From assembly GCA_963768845.1 (NCBI GenBank), contig CAVYJJ010000014.1, positions 201,371 to 265,370 on the forward strand: a stretch of DNA of 64,000 nt, in the 5' to 3' direction. Positions 1-11,412 of this stretch are shown here, piece by piece. The notes beneath the pieces are model-generated. The model ran no database searches and was not told where the DNA came from. It saw only the letters and a list, made by a program, of their open reading frames with translations. The stretch is from an uncultured Methanoregulaceae archaeon. Lineage in GTDB: Archaea > Halobacteriota > Methanomicrobia > Methanomicrobiales > Methanospirillaceae. The number at the start of each line of letters is the position of its first letter. Position 1 is the first letter of the stretch. The position numbers and the translations under genes were made by a program.

Positions 1-79
1 ACTCATTATAGGTTGGGCATGGTTCGCAGATGCACTTTGCCCGGTTCTCCAGAATGAGGGTATTTTTATCTTCTGGCAT
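1..79 (-). CDS. 5' part of a small Cys-rich protein (DUF2769-like), runs off window start
   Basis: My translation of the minus strand from ATG at 79 gives MPEDKNTLILENRAKCICEPCPTYNE; the CxCxxCPTY motif is typical of methanogen DUF2769; GGAGG lies upstream. Confidence 0.6.
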   Translation of the reverse strand, partial: MPEDKNTLILENRAKCICEPCPTYNE

Positions 80-189
80 AGTAACTTACCCGCTCCTCCG
101 GTTGCACACGCAGACAGTGGTATACTGGACGCGTTTTTACAGAACCGGATCAATAAGTAGATTATCGCGGGCTCCTTGATAATTAAATC

Positions 190-924
190 ATGCCTGCACC
201 ACTTGTTGGACGAAAATTTGGTGTCACGGTAATTCCACCGCTGGACCCTGAAAAGCGAAAGGGAATTAGTGTACTTGGGCTGTCAGGTTCGAGCCGTCAG
301 CAACCCGGGATGAGCAAATCTGAACGCCTTCTCCTCATTGCGCTCGATAAATACAAAGAATTTGGGTGCAATACAAGATTTCTCCGGTTAAAAGATCTCA
401 TCATTCACGACTGTGAGGGTAACTATTCTGAAAACCCCGAATACTGTACCTACCCTTGCCAAAGCTCACTCAAATATGAGGATGATCAGATGCAGATTGT
501 TTATGATGCTGTGATCGCATGTGACATCCTTATCCTCGCTACCCCTATCCGCTGGAACAACCATTCCGCGATTGTTCAGAAATTTGTTGAACGAATGAAT
601 GCGATCGAGAATCAGTATTCGTGGTTTGGCAACAGAATGATCAATGACAAAGTTGCCGCCATGATCATCATAGGTCATGTTGATGGTATACAGCATGTGG
701 CGGGTAATCTCATGAATTTTTTTTCATGGCTCGGATTCCATACACCGGAAGTCGCCATCGCGTCCTGGGTGGGTGAAAATGATGAGGATACCACCAAAGA
801 CTGGAGGCAGATTGTGAATAACCGGTATACACAGGAGGACCTCAGCAACCTGATAACAAGCGCGCTGAGGCTTGCATATGCACTCAAGCATCATACCACA
901 GAAGAAACCGCCGGCAGCATTTAA
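190..924 (+). CDS. Flavodoxin family / iron-sulfur-flavoprotein-like NAD(P)H-dependent FMN reductase
   Basis: LGLSGSSR...SKSE FMN loop, Cys cluster CEGN...CTYPC, DILILATPIRW, KFVERM. Confidence 0.75.
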   Translation: MPAPLVGRKFGVTVIPPLDPEKRKGISVLGLSGSSRQQPGMSKSERLLLIALDKYKEFGCNTRFLRLKDLIIHDCEGNYSENPEYCTYPCQSSLKYEDDQMQIVYDAVIACDILILATPIRWNNHSAIVQKFVERMNAIENQYSWFGNRMINDKVAAMIIIGHVDGIQHVAGNLMNFFSWLGFHTPEVAIASWVGENDEDTTKDWRQIVNNRYTQEDLSNLITSALRLAYALKHHTTEETAGSI

Positions 925-990
925 AATAATCATAAATACGATTGATTCAAGAAAATGTAATTAACGACAACAGGAGATGGTACGATAGTT

Positions 991-1973
991 ATGTTTCCCC
1001 AGAGAAGGATGAGGCGATCGCGGTCAAAAAATATCCAGCCGCTCCTGTGCGAAATCACCCTGTCAAAAAATGATCTCATCGCCCCGCTTTTTGTCGATGA
1101 AACGATCACTGCCCCCTTTCCCATTGAGTCAATGCCGGGCCAGTTCCGTTATCCGATCACGGGTATTGCAGCTGTTGCCGCATCCTTGTGGTCACAGGGA
1201 ATACGGACTGTTCTGATATTTGGTGTTCCAAAAAATAAAGATCAGAGCGGGGGTTCTGCATATGATCCGGAGGGTGTTGTCCAAAAAGCGGTCAGGAACA
1301 TCAAAGCAGAAATTAACGGGATGGTGGTTATCACCGATGTCTGTGCATGCGAGTATACTGACCATGGTCATTGCGGGATTATTGGTGAAACAAGATGGGG
1401 TATTGACCTTCTCAATGACCCTTCACTCGAACTGATGAATAAAATTGCACTCAGCCACGCACGAAGCGGGGCGGATATTGTCGCACCATCCTGCATGCTT
1501 GATGGCATGGTTGGTTCGATCCGTTCGGCGCTGGACGAAGCCGGATTTGAGGATGTCCTTATCATGTCCTATTCTACAAAGTTTGCTTCTGCTCTTTACG
1601 GGCCTTTTCGTGAAGCTGCAGATTCGGGGTTCTCTTTTGGCGACAGGACTACGTACCAGATCAATTGTGGAAATTCGCGCGAGGCAATTCTTGAATCAAA
1701 GATGGATGCAGATGAAGGAGCCGATATTCTCATGGTAAAACCGGCGGGTTTCTATCTTGATATTGTGTCAGAGGTTGCAACATTTGGTCTGCCAGTCGCC
1801 GCATATCAGGTAAGCGGGGAATATTCTATGATCAAATGTGCAGGTGAAAAAGGGTGGATACAGGAAAAGGAGACAGTTCTTGAGAGCCTGATCTCCATAA
1901 AACGTGCCGGGCTGAGCTCATTATTACGTACTTTGCCGGCGATGTTGCCAGGTGGCTCGATGAACAGCAGTGA
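991..1973 (+). CDS. hemB: Porphobilinogen synthase (1-nt frameshift near 1910)
   Basis: [38 protein letters not shown]; restoring one G in the G-run gives the canonical end [24 protein letters not shown] (TGA 1971-1973). Confidence 0.93.
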
Positions 1974-3201
1974 TTTGTATACAACGGCAAAAACCCTGAT
2001 ACCCGGTGGTGTCAGTAGTCCGGTGCGGGCGATTAAACCATACCCGTTTTACACTGCACACGCGAGTGGTTCACATCTCACGACAGTAGATGGCAACGAA
2101 TTAATTGACTGCTGCATGGCTTACGGCCCATTAATTCTCGGACACGCACACCCGTTGATCAGGAAATCGATCGAAGCGCAACTAAAGAATGGCTGGCTCT
2201 TTGGTACTCCTTCACCTCTTGAACCCGCTTTTGCAAAGATAATCACCGGGGATTATCCGGGAATGGACATGGTACGGTTTGTTTCCAGTGGTTCTGAAGC
2301 AACTATGGCAGCAATCCGTCTTGCACGAGGGTTCTCTCATAAAAAAGATATCGTAAAAATCGAAGGAGGATTTCATGGTGCCCATGATGGGGTTCTCGTT
2401 AAAGCCGGATCCGGGGCAACAACAATGGGTGTGCCTGATTCTGCTGGTGTTCTTGCTGATCTGGTTGCCCATACCCGGCAGATCCCCTACAATGACGCAG
2501 AAGCTCTGGAATCGCTTCTTAACACCCATGATGATATTGCAGCACTGATCATAGAACCGGTGCTCGGAAATATCGGCCCCGTTCTGCCTCAGGACACGTA
2601 TCTTGAGGACATACGGGAAATTACCCGTGCACACGATGTGCTCCTGATTTTTGATGAAGTAATTACCGGTTACCGTCTGGGTATCGGGGGTGCACAGGGA
2701 CTTTACCGGGTAAGGCCGGATATTACCACACTGGGAAAAATAATTGGCGGGGGACTTCCTATGGGAGCTTTTGGCGGACGGCGCGAAATAATGGAGATGG
2801 TTGCACCACAGGGACCGGTATATCAGGCAGGAACATTCTCAGGTAATCCATTATCACTCACTGCCGGTATCGCGACTCTCCAGTGGTTGCATGATCATCC
2901 TGCCATTTATCGGGATCTCGAAATAATGAATCGCACACTTGAAGAATCTCTTGGCAGCATAAAGGGAGGTTCTTTTGTCCGGCTTGGATCCATGTTCAAG
3001 TGGTTCTTCCGGGATGAACCCCCGAAAAATTACCTGGAAGTCAAAGAGTGTAACACGGAAGATTTCGGCAGGTTCTGGAGGCAGATGCTGAAAAAGGGAG
3101 TTTTTCTTCCCCCCTCCCAGTTTGAAACAAACTTCCTTTCTTCAGCGCATAGCGATCACGATCTTTCTACTATTGCACAGGCGTACAAAAAATGTCTATA
3201 A
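1960..3201 (+). CDS. hemL: Glutamate-1-semialdehyde 2,1-aminomutase
   Basis: [46 protein letters not shown] (PLP Lys), GTFSGNP; own ATG at 1960. Confidence 0.95.
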   Translation: MNSSDLYTTAKTLIPGGVSSPVRAIKPYPFYTAHASGSHLTTVDGNELIDCCMAYGPLILGHAHPLIRKSIEAQLKNGWLFGTPSPLEPAFAKIITGDYPGMDMVRFVSSGSEATMAAIRLARGFSHKKDIVKIEGGFHGAHDGVLVKAGSGATTMGVPDSAGVLADLVAHTRQIPYNDAEALESLLNTHDDIAALIIEPVLGNIGPVLPQDTYLEDIREITRAHDVLLIFDEVITGYRLGIGGAQGLYRVRPDITTLGKIIGGGLPMGAFGGRREIMEMVAPQGPVYQAGTFSGNPLSLTAGIATLQWLHDHPAIYRDLEIMNRTLEESLGSIKGGSFVRLGSMFKWFFRDEPPKNYLEVKECNTEDFGRFWRQMLKKGVFLPPSQFETNFLSSAHSDHDLSTIAQAYKKCL

Positions 3202-4077
3202 GAGTTGGAACACGCGGCAGTAAGCTGGCGCTCGCGCAAACGCAAACGGTCTGCAATAAATTATCCCTGATGGGTATCGATGCTGAACAGGTAATCATAA
3301 ATACCCATGGTGATACGACTACAGGCGTACCCCTTCATGAAATCGGCGGGCAGGGAGTCTTTGTCAGGGCTCTTGATGATGCTATACTGGCTGGCGATAT
3401 TGATTGTGCCGTTCACAGTATGAAAGACATTCCTGCATTCCGCCCGAGCGGGCTTTTTACTGCAGCTGTTCTCAAGCGCGATTCAGCAGCCGATTATCTG
3501 GCCTGTAATGGATCCCTTAAAGATGTCAGGGTGATCGGGACATCGAGCACACGAAGGCGTGCTCAGCTGCTTCGCGATAATCCTGATATCACCATAAAGG
3601 AGCTTCGGGGAAATGTCGATACACGGATACGAAAGATGACTCTGGGAGAGTATGATGCCATCATGTTAGCAGAAGCCGGACTGACCAGGCTGGGTATTTC
3701 AATTCCGGGCATGCGATTTCCACCCGAAAAATTTGTTCCGGCACCCAATCAGGGAACTATTGCTGTTGTCAGTCGGGCAGATCCCTCACTGATGGAGGAA
3801 CTCTCCACGCTCGACCATCCCGGGACCCGGACTGATGTGGCAATTGAACGAGGTGCTATGGAACAGCTTGGCGGGGGATGTTTCACACCACTTGGCATCT
3901 ACTGCAACAAGGGTTACCTGACCGCTGAAGTAACTTTCACTGGACGGGAAACGCACAGAACGGGTTGAAAAGGATATTAAAAATATTGAGCAGGCACGTG
4001 AACTCGGTAGACAACTCAATAAACAGGCGAGAGACCTGATTGATGATGCTTACCGGAAACTGGGAATGGAAATATGA
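3192..4077 (+). CDS. hemC: Hydroxymethylbilane synthase (frameshift near 3935)
   Basis: [41 protein letters not shown]; continues in another frame to ...AYRKLGMEI* overlapping the cobA ATG. Confidence 0.92.
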
Positions 4078-4835
4078 AAGGAACAGTATATCTTGTCGGA
4101 TCTGGTCCGGGCGGAGAAGGACTTCTCACGCAGCGGGCCAGAGCCGTTATCGATGCTGCAGATGTCGTGTTGTATGATCAGCTTCCCGGAGAGGAGATCC
4201 TTGCATCGTTACCCGTCAGAGCAGAAAAAATTGATTGCGGGAAGTACGGGGGAAAACATACCCTCGAACAGGACGAGATCGAAGCCTTGATCATTGACCG
4301 GGCAAAAAAAGGAAATACCGTGGTCAGGCTCAAAGGTGGCGATCCTTTCCTCTTCGGACGCGGGGGTGAGGAACTGGAATCGGTCCGCAGCGCCGGTATA
4401 CCTGTCGAGATGGTACCCGGGGTGACCAGCGCGCTCGCTGTACCGGCATCGGTAGGAATTCCTCTTACCCACCGGAAATATGCATCACAGGTAACAATTC
4501 TGACAGGAAATGAAGACCCGACTAAGTCAGAACCGGCACTTGACTGGCAGTTACTCGCAAAGAGCCGTGGAACGATAGTAATCCTGATGGGAGTGGCAAA
4601 TATCGGTAAGATTGCAGAGGTCCTTATCAGCAACGGGAAGGCAGGAAATACCATGGTCGCCATCATCGAGCGGGGCTTACGGAAAGACCGCCGGGTCACT
4701 ACTGCAACACTTGCAACCATTGCTGATGCCGCCAGAAAAACGGGCATTAAACCTCCGGCGGTAATCGTTATTGGCGATGTAGTAAAATTATATAACCCGG
4801 GTAATCCGGATCTGGTGCCTGCTGAGGGAGATTGA
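4074..4835 (+). CDS. cobA: Uroporphyrinogen-III C-methyltransferase
   Basis: VYLVGSGPG, RLKGGDPFLFGRGGEE, VPGVTSA, GIPLTHR. Confidence 0.93.
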   Translation: MKGTVYLVGSGPGGEGLLTQRARAVIDAADVVLYDQLPGEEILASLPVRAEKIDCGKYGGKHTLEQDEIEALIIDRAKKGNTVVRLKGGDPFLFGRGGEELESVRSAGIPVEMVPGVTSALAVPASVGIPLTHRKYASQVTILTGNEDPTKSEPALDWQLLAKSRGTIVILMGVANIGKIAEVLISNGKAGNTMVAIIERGLRKDRRVTTATLATIADAARKTGIKPPAVIVIGDVVKLYNPGNPDLVPAEGD

Positions 4836-4837
4836 GT

Positions 4838-5275
4838 ATGATAGAAATCGTCAATAAATTTGAAAAGATTGTCTACGCAGTCCTCATGGCCCTGCTTATG
4901 CTCGTGTTAATCGGATCCCTGCTTGACCTCGTGTGGCTCCTTTATACCGCATTGGTCTTTCAGACTCCCGCATTACTGGAAACACATGAACTCATTGCGA
5001 TACTCGGTGCCTTCCTTCTTGTGCTGATCGGTGTCGAACTATTAGATACCATCAAGGCATACTTCAGCGAGAATACCATCCATGTGGAGATTGTCGTGCT
5101 CCTTGCAATCATCGCGGTTGCCCGAAAGGTAATTCTCCTGGATCCTGCAGAAATGAGTGGTAATGAATTTGGTTTTGAGTTGATGGGTATAGGTATTATT
5201 GTGGTCGGTCTGGCAGGAGGATATTACCTCATCAAAAAAGCAGGCATTACAGATGAACCGGCAAAACCGGAATAA
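4838..5275 (+). CDS. PsiE-family (phosphate-starvation-inducible E-like) membrane protein
   Basis: Four TM segments; LLVLIGVELLDTIKAY, AIIAVARKVILLD. Confidence 0.8.
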   Translation: MIEIVNKFEKIVYAVLMALLMLVLIGSLLDLVWLLYTALVFQTPALLETHELIAILGAFLLVLIGVELLDTIKAYFSENTIHVEIVVLLAIIAVARKVILLDPAEMSGNEFGFELMGIGIIVVGLAGGYYLIKKAGITDEPAKPE

Positions 5276-5402
5276 TTATTATTTTCCCCACAACCGCGAT
5301 GAAAAGACCATGATCCTGTACAAAATATATCCATGGCCTATCTTTGACTGAATTAAAGGTAAATCGCAAATCCACATAAATAATAAAAAACAGAACCGGT
5401 CC

Positions 5403-6639
5403 TCAATCACGTTTCCATTTTTTTACGATGCTCTGCGCTGCCAAAAAACCGGTTGAAAATGCTGCCTGCAGATTGTATCCCCCGGTATCACCGTCAATAT
5501 CCAGCACTTCACCGGCAAAATAAAGATCCGGAATGATCCGTGATTCCATTGTTTTCATATTCAATCCATCCAGTGCAACTCCACCCCTTGTAACCATAGC
5601 AACTGAAAAGTCACCGGGTTCAGAAACAGTCAGGGAAAACTCTGTGCAGTTGACAATAAGCTTCGATCGTTGAACTGCTGAGAAATGTGCGCATTTGAGA
5701 TCAGGTGGGATATCGGACAGTAATAAGAGTTTCCTGTTCAGTCGTTCAGGGATCGGATAAGCAGCGAGGAGTGTGCTGATTTGCCAGTTCCTGTTTTCTG
5801 CCGCACGTCTTTTTAAGTCGACTGCGAACTCTTCGCGTTTCATTGGACCAACAAACGAGAGTCTGATTTCATCTTCTGCCTGAATATTCCGCGAAGCGTC
5901 AAGGATTCCAGGGCCGGACAATCCAGTATGCGTGAACAGTACATCTCCCGTAAGATCCGCAATCTTTTTTCCGGAGCGCCATACCGTAAATCGCATGGAC
6001 TCAAACGAGATGCCGGAAAGTGCTGAAAATGGGTAATTTCTGATTTTCTGGGGAGTGAGTGCCGGGGCTGTTTTAGTAACCGGTTGTCCCAGTGCTTCAG
6101 AAAACCGGTACCCGTCACCGGAAGATCCGGTCTGCGGGTACGATAAGCCACCAGTAGTGATGACCACAACTTTTGTCTGGTATGTTGCAACAGGTGAATT
6201 AATTTCAAATCCCCGGGGGGAACGGGTGACGCTTACGTACGGGTTCATCACATTGCAGAATTACACCGCGCTCCCTGCACTCATGCACAAGCAGGGAAAG
6301 GATATCTGCCGAACGGCGTGTTTGGGGAAATACCTTATCATTGTCTTCCGTTACCAGGGAAAGCCCGCGTTCATAAAAGAACAAGATGAGATCCCGGTTG
6401 GTAAAACCAAACAAAGCCGGTTTTACCTGATTTCCATGATCCCCATAATGCGAAAGGAAATCCCGGATCTCACCACCGTGGGTTATATTGCATTGCCCGG
6501 ATCCGGAAAGAAGAAGTTTTTCACCTGGTTTTTTATTTTTCTCGAGGAGGAGAATACGGTGCCCGGGCAGACCTGCCTGTAGCGCACAGAACAGCCCAGC
6601 CGGGCCAGCACCAATAACCACGACATCATACTGGATCAT
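5403..6639 (-). CDS. HI0933/BaiN-family flavoprotein (frameshift near 6230)
   Basis: IGAGPAG, KLLLSGSGQCNITH, TGGLSYPQTGSSGDG, LFTHTGLSGP, GEVLDIDGDTGGYNLQAAFSTG across two ORFs. Confidence 0.9.
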
Positions 6640-6827
6640 GAATATCTTAAAAGGTTAGAAGGGGGTGTATTTGTTTAGTTGTTTCTTAACAGCACTCCAC
6701 GCAAATGAAAGATTGTTAATAATTTCATCTGAATAAAAAAAGCAGATACTGTGATTCAATATCTTTAATCTATGCCGGTTCTGACCCGGATATATCCACG
6801 CTCATCGAAAATGGAAAAAATCAGGAA

Positions 6828-7112
6828 TTACCGGATATGATGGCCCTTGGCCTTTTTACGCAGTGCTTCAGTATAATAATGACGAAGTTCTGCGGTTTCT
6901 TCGGGTGAAAAATCCGGTTTCTTCGTTGAATGGAGGTGCTTTTCCATCTGTTTTACAATATGTTCTGCCTCTAGGTAATGCTCAACTTCGAGGTACGCTG
7001 GCGCCTTAACAACCTCATGGGCATGCCCGCAGATTGGACAGAGCTTCCATTTCTGGAAACGATCCACGTACGAAAAAGTCCTGCAGGAGGGGCACCGGAT
7101 AATGAGGTACAT
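6828..7112 (-). CDS. Zn-ribbon protein (DUF1922-like)
   Basis: MYLIIRCPSC...KLCPICG, two CxxC pairs. Confidence 0.65.
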   Translation of the reverse strand: MYLIIRCPSCRTFSYVDRFQKWKLCPICGHAHEVVKAPAYLEVEHYLEAEHIVKQMEKHLHSTKKPDFSPEETAELRHYYTEALRKKAKGHHIR

Positions 7113-7250
7113 ATCAAAGAGGTGATGCGTGTTATCCTGATAAATATATATCGGCTGATCGTTAAATTATCAGGATTGTGTTTCAGATATACCGCCACAG
7201 TCCTGAATAAAAACACACAAGGGTATGTGTTTCCTGAAGGGAGAAAGAAA

Positions 7251-7268
7251 CGAAACCCCTTTAATATC
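7251..7268 (+). promoter_or_regulatory. Putative BRE/TATA promoter for (leaderless) cofE
   Basis: CGAAA followed by TTTAATAT about 27-33 nt upstream of ATG 7293. Confidence 0.4.
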
Positions 7269-7292
7269 GGCTCTTCTCATACTGATGTTACT

Positions 7293-8062
7293 ATGGAACA
7301 GATTGAGGTCATGGGTGTAAGCGGTCTTCCCCTCATTCAAAGGGGTGACAATATTTCAGAGATGATATGTAACAAAGTTGTGATACAGGAGGGGGATATC
7401 CTCTGCATCGCCTCAACCATTTACTCAAAAGCTAAAGGTTATACACAACACCTTACATCCATCGTACCTTCAGAAAAGGCCAGACGACTCGCAACCCTGA
7501 ATGGCGAAGACCCCGGTTCGTTCAGGCCGTCCTGGATGCATCCGCAGACATAATCATGGAACACCCGTTTATCCTGTCTGAACTTTCTTTTGGCCATATC
7601 GGGGTAAGAGCTGGAGTTGACCAGAGTAATATCGAAGACGGGATGGTAATCTTCCTGCCTCCGGATCCAATGACCGCTGCACGGGAAATAAAAGAAGAGA
7701 TCAAAACGCTGGCCGGTAAGAATATCGGGGTTATTATCACAGATACCTGTGGCAGATCATTCCGGCGAGGACAAACAGGCAATGCGATAGGCTGGAGCGG
7801 GTTTTATGCAATCCGGGATTTCCGTGGCGATACTGATCTCTTTGGGCACGTGCTCAAAATAACTGAAGAAGCAGTGGTTGATGAAATTCCCGGCTTTGCC
7901 AACTTTGTCATGGGCGAGAGCAACAATGGTGTCCCGGCAGTAATCTTCCGCAACTGCCCGAAATGGACCGGGCATGATAACCTCTATTTCCGCACTGATG
8001 AGGATATCACAAAGCGTATACTGAAGAAAGAACAGTGTGATGAAATGAAGATTAAGAAATAA
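7293..8062 (+). CDS. cofE: Coenzyme F420-0:L-glutamate ligase (frameshift near 7515)
   Basis: GLPLIQRGD, ASTIYSKAKG, AGVDQSN, LPPDP, IITDTCGRSFRRGQTGNAIG, MGESNNGVP. Confidence 0.92.
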
Positions 8063-8079
8063 GTTTTTTATTTGTGAAT

Positions 8080-8250
8080 TTATGCATGCAATCCATAGAC
8101 AATATTCAGGATCAAAATGATGATACCAATCGCTGCTGCGACTGCCATCACGGTAATGGGACTGATATGAACAGCCCGCCGGTCCTCGCTCTCGTAATAG
8201 TTAACGAGACCGGCTGATGAGAGTAATCTGCCGCCTTGTTTCTTTGCCAT
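8080..8250 (-). CDS. Preprotein translocase subunit Sec61beta
   Basis: MAKKQGGRLLSSAGLVNYYESED plus one C-terminal TM helix. Confidence 0.9.
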   Translation of the reverse strand: MAKKQGGRLLSSAGLVNYYESEDRRAVHISPITVMAVAAAIGIIILILNIVYGLHA

Positions 8251-8295
8251 GCAAATATATTTCATTTTTCAACATATAAAAGAGAGTTACGATTT

Positions 8296-9336
8296 ATGAA
8301 AAAAATCTCCAATATCGTGTCAGGACAGGCCTTCATTGGTGAGGATCTTGAACTATTGCCAGTTGACATCATTATTGAGGGAGGCATTATAACAGCCATA
8401 GAAGAATCTACCAGGGTACTACCGGTTTGGATCTGCCCTGCATTTTTTAACGCTCATACCCATCTTGGGGATACGATTGCAATGGAATGTGGCATAACAG
8501 GGGATCTCGCCGCCCTGGTCACTCCACCAGATGGTCTGAAACATCGATTGCTTGCGGCTGCATCACACCAGGATCTTGTCCGGGGGATGCGTTCGAGTAT
8601 AGAAGGTATGATCTCCGGGGGTACGGCAGGCTGTGCAGACTTTCGTGAAGGGGGAGTTGGTGGTGTATCAGCACTCAGAGAAGCCGCATCGGGACGATTA
8701 TTCCAGCCATTTATATTTGGACGTGAAGGGGGAGAAAGAGTTGCCGACGGTCTTGGGATCAGCAGCACCCGGGACAGCAGCAGCGTTGAAACTCTGGTTG
8801 CTGATGCCCGTCGCATGGGAAAGAAAATTGGTTTGCATGCCGGTGAAAAGGATGCCGGAGATGTTGACGATGCGATTGCACTTGAACCAGACCTCCTTAT
8901 CCACTGTACCTATGCAACAAAAAAACAACTTCGTGAATGTTCGGACAGGCAGATACCGATTGCTGTCTGTCCCAGGTCCAACTGGATACTCGGTGTTGCA
9001 TCATCACCACAACACCCACCTCTGAAATTAATGCAGGACATGGGGTGCAGGATACTCCTCGGTACAGATAATGTGATGTTTGTGCCACCGGATATGTTTT
9101 CTGAAATGTCTTTTACCTCAACAGTATACAGGACTGATCCGAAAGTCCTGCTTCGTGCCGCTATCCAGGGCTCTGAATTAACAGGGAGCTCTTTTTTTAT
9201 CAGGAAAGGTACGCGGGCAAATTTGTTTACCATTGATACGACACGATCAGCTCTTAATTTCAGCCGCGATCCGCTGACTTCCCTGATAAATAGGGCTTCT
9301 TCCTGCCAAATAGCCAATAACGTTTTTAATTTGTAA
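8296..9336 (+). CDS. Amidohydrolase family (nucleoside deaminase-like)
   Basis: NAHTHLGD, LHAGE, IHCT, CPRSN, LGTDN metal-binding motifs. Confidence 0.85.
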   Translation: MKKISNIVSGQAFIGEDLELLPVDIIIEGGIITAIEESTRVLPVWICPAFFNAHTHLGDTIAMECGITGDLAALVTPPDGLKHRLLAAASHQDLVRGMRSSIEGMISGGTAGCADFREGGVGGVSALREAASGRLFQPFIFGREGGERVADGLGISSTRDSSSVETLVADARRMGKKIGLHAGEKDAGDVDDAIALEPDLLIHCTYATKKQLRECSDRQIPIAVCPRSNWILGVASSPQHPPLKLMQDMGCRILLGTDNVMFVPPDMFSEMSFTSTVYRTDPKVLLRAAIQGSELTGSSFFIRKGTRANLFTIDTTRSALNFSRDPLTSLINRASSCQIANNVFNL

Positions 9337-9368
9337 CTCCAATAAAAGAGCCATGTTTGTTTTGGGGG

Positions 9369-9803
9369 ATGCCTGTGTTTAATAATATACTTGTTGCACT
9401 TGATGGATCGGAGGTAAGCCAGCGCGCGTTGGTCAGGGCAGCTGATGAAGCAAAATTATGGAATGCAAAGCTCCATGCCATTTACATCGTAGAAACTGGT
9501 CTGTTCTCTTCCCTTCCCTTGGATAATACTGTGGAAATTATGTACAGGGTTCTCGAAAAAGAAGGAGAAGCAGTACTTGAAAAAGCAAAAAAATACTGCT
9601 CAGATAAAGGAATCTCGGTTTTTACGCACATGAAACAGGGACATGCCGGAAGTGAGATTATCGCTCTTGCCGAGAAGGAAAAATCTGACCTGATTGTTGT
9701 CGGTTCTCATGGCAAAAGCAATGCTGACAGACTTCTCATAGGCAGTGTCAGCACATTTGTAGTTACCCATAGCAAAGCAACAACCATGGTGGTGAGATCA
9801 TAA
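9369..9803 (+). CDS. Universal stress protein
   Basis: ILVALDGSE, DLIVVGSHG, LLIGSVS. Confidence 0.92.
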   Translation: MPVFNNILVALDGSEVSQRALVRAADEAKLWNAKLHAIYIVETGLFSSLPLDNTVEIMYRVLEKEGEAVLEKAKKYCSDKGISVFTHMKQGHAGSEIIALAEKEKSDLIVVGSHGKSNADRLLIGSVSTFVVTHSKATTMVVRS

Positions 9804-9808
9804 CAGAC

Positions 9809-10657
9809 ATGATTGTCAAAGACTACATGACATCCGATGTAGTGCACGTGGAAATCCCAGGAAACCGCGATGATGTCCTCAAAATACTCAAGAGGACGGG
9901 TATATCTGGTGTCCCCGTGATCAAGAATAAAAAGATCGTTGGCATTATTACCCGGAAGGATCTGTTAAGAAAACCTGAAGAGATCCAGCTCGGGCTTCTT
10001 ATGACACCAAAACCCCTGACTATCACCCCCGATTCTGATATCAGGGATGCGGCCCGCATTCTGGTTTCCCGACACATTCGCAGGCTCCCGGTTGTCGAGG
10101 ATGGTCAACTCGTAGGACTTCTCTCTGTAGCTGACCTCATACATGCAATTTCCAAATTCAAAATCAAAGATGAGATCAAAGATACCTATACAAGCCTGAC
10201 ATTTGCGCTCTGGGAAGAAACTCCTCTTCCGGTTGTCGGAAGAGTTATGGAAATATCCGGTGTGGACGCCATACCAATACTTGATGCAGAGAACCGGTTG
10301 CAGGGCATTATTTCAGAGCGGGATCTTATACGGAGTTCAAGCATTGAAGATAGTGTCGGTGTCAGCGATTTCTCCAACGGTACCGATGATGATGAATGGA
10401 CCTGGGAAAGCATCCGGGACAACCATACTATCAGTTTCGGTATCTCAAAGGTACAACTCCCGAACCGGCCTGTGAAACTCGCGATGGTAAAAAATGTTGT
10501 CGCTGTTCCGGTAAACGCTGAAGTAAGCGAATGTGCACTCAAAATGCGTCGTGCACGGGTTGACCAGATTCCCGTGGTGAATGGGGATAAACGTCTCGTT
10601 GCAATGCTCTATGATCGTATGCTGATCCGGGTTTTATGCAAGGATCCGGCTGAATAA
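9809..10657 (+). CDS. CBS-domain protein (four CBS)
   Basis: ISGVPV...GIITRKDL, IRRLPVV...GLLSVADL, GIISERDL, DDDEWTWES. Confidence 0.9.
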   Translation: MIVKDYMTSDVVHVEIPGNRDDVLKILKRTGISGVPVIKNKKIVGIITRKDLLRKPEEIQLGLLMTPKPLTITPDSDIRDAARILVSRHIRRLPVVEDGQLVGLLSVADLIHAISKFKIKDEIKDTYTSLTFALWEETPLPVVGRVMEISGVDAIPILDAENRLQGIISERDLIRSSSIEDSVGVSDFSNGTDDDEWTWESIRDNHTISFGISKVQLPNRPVKLAMVKNVVAVPVNAEVSECALKMRRARVDQIPVVNGDKRLVAMLYDRMLIRVLCKDPAE

Positions 10658-10744
10658 AAACCTTTAAATTTCTTTATATCATTTATTACCATAAAGCGCT
10701 TTTAAAAAAGGATTTTAGCGTTTATTTGTTTTTGAGGAGTCAAT

Positions 10745-11388
10745 ATGCCTGAACAGTACCAGGAGTCCATGAAGGGGACTACCACCATTGGTCTCGTTTT
10801 TTCCAGCGGCGTGATTCTCGCAACCGAGAAAAGAGCGACCATGGGCTATATGATCGCAAGCAAGAAAGCAAAAAAAGTGTATCAGGTTGCAGACCGGATC
10901 GGTATGACTACCGCTGGAGGTGTTGGTGATGCCCAGCAGCTCGCACGTATCCTCACCGTGGAATGCAATCTGTACCAGATCCGCAGGTCTCGTCCGATTA
11001 CCGTTGGGGCAACAGCGACCCTGCTTTCAAATTACTTAAACCAGAATCGTCACTTCCCCGTACTATGTCCAGCTCCTAGTGGGGGGGATTGATGAGAACG
11101 GCCCAAGTGTTTACTCGGTCGATGCAATGGGGGGAGCAACAAAGGAAGAAGAGATCGTTGCAACCGGTTCGGGTTCTCCTATGGCGTACGGTGTGCTTGA
11201 GGACCGGTTCGTCCCAAAAATGACCGAAGATGACGCAATCGATCTCGCAGTACGTGGACTGAAATCCGCGATGAAACGCGATGCCGGATCCGGTGAAGGC
11301 ATCCATGTTGTAGTTATCACAAAAGACAAGTATGAGGAGTTAAATGAAGACCAGCTTCAAAAAGTATCTTGCCAAAACTCCTGTATGA
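10745..11388 (+). CDS. psmB: Proteasome subunit beta (frameshifts near 11055 and 11358)
   Basis: Propeptide then KG/TTTIG catalytic Thr, GGVGDAQ, TGSGSPMAYGVLE, RDAGSG. Confidence 0.93.
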
Positions 11389-11412
11389 TCTTTTTTTTAG
11401 GACGACTTTTTT

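Noticed and set aside
991-3201. 736-aa HemB-HemL fusion in the ORF track
   Set aside because: One missing G in the G-run near 1910 explains it. The canonical HemB C-terminus (ELIITYFA...) and stop are present in another frame, and hemL has its own ATG at 1960.
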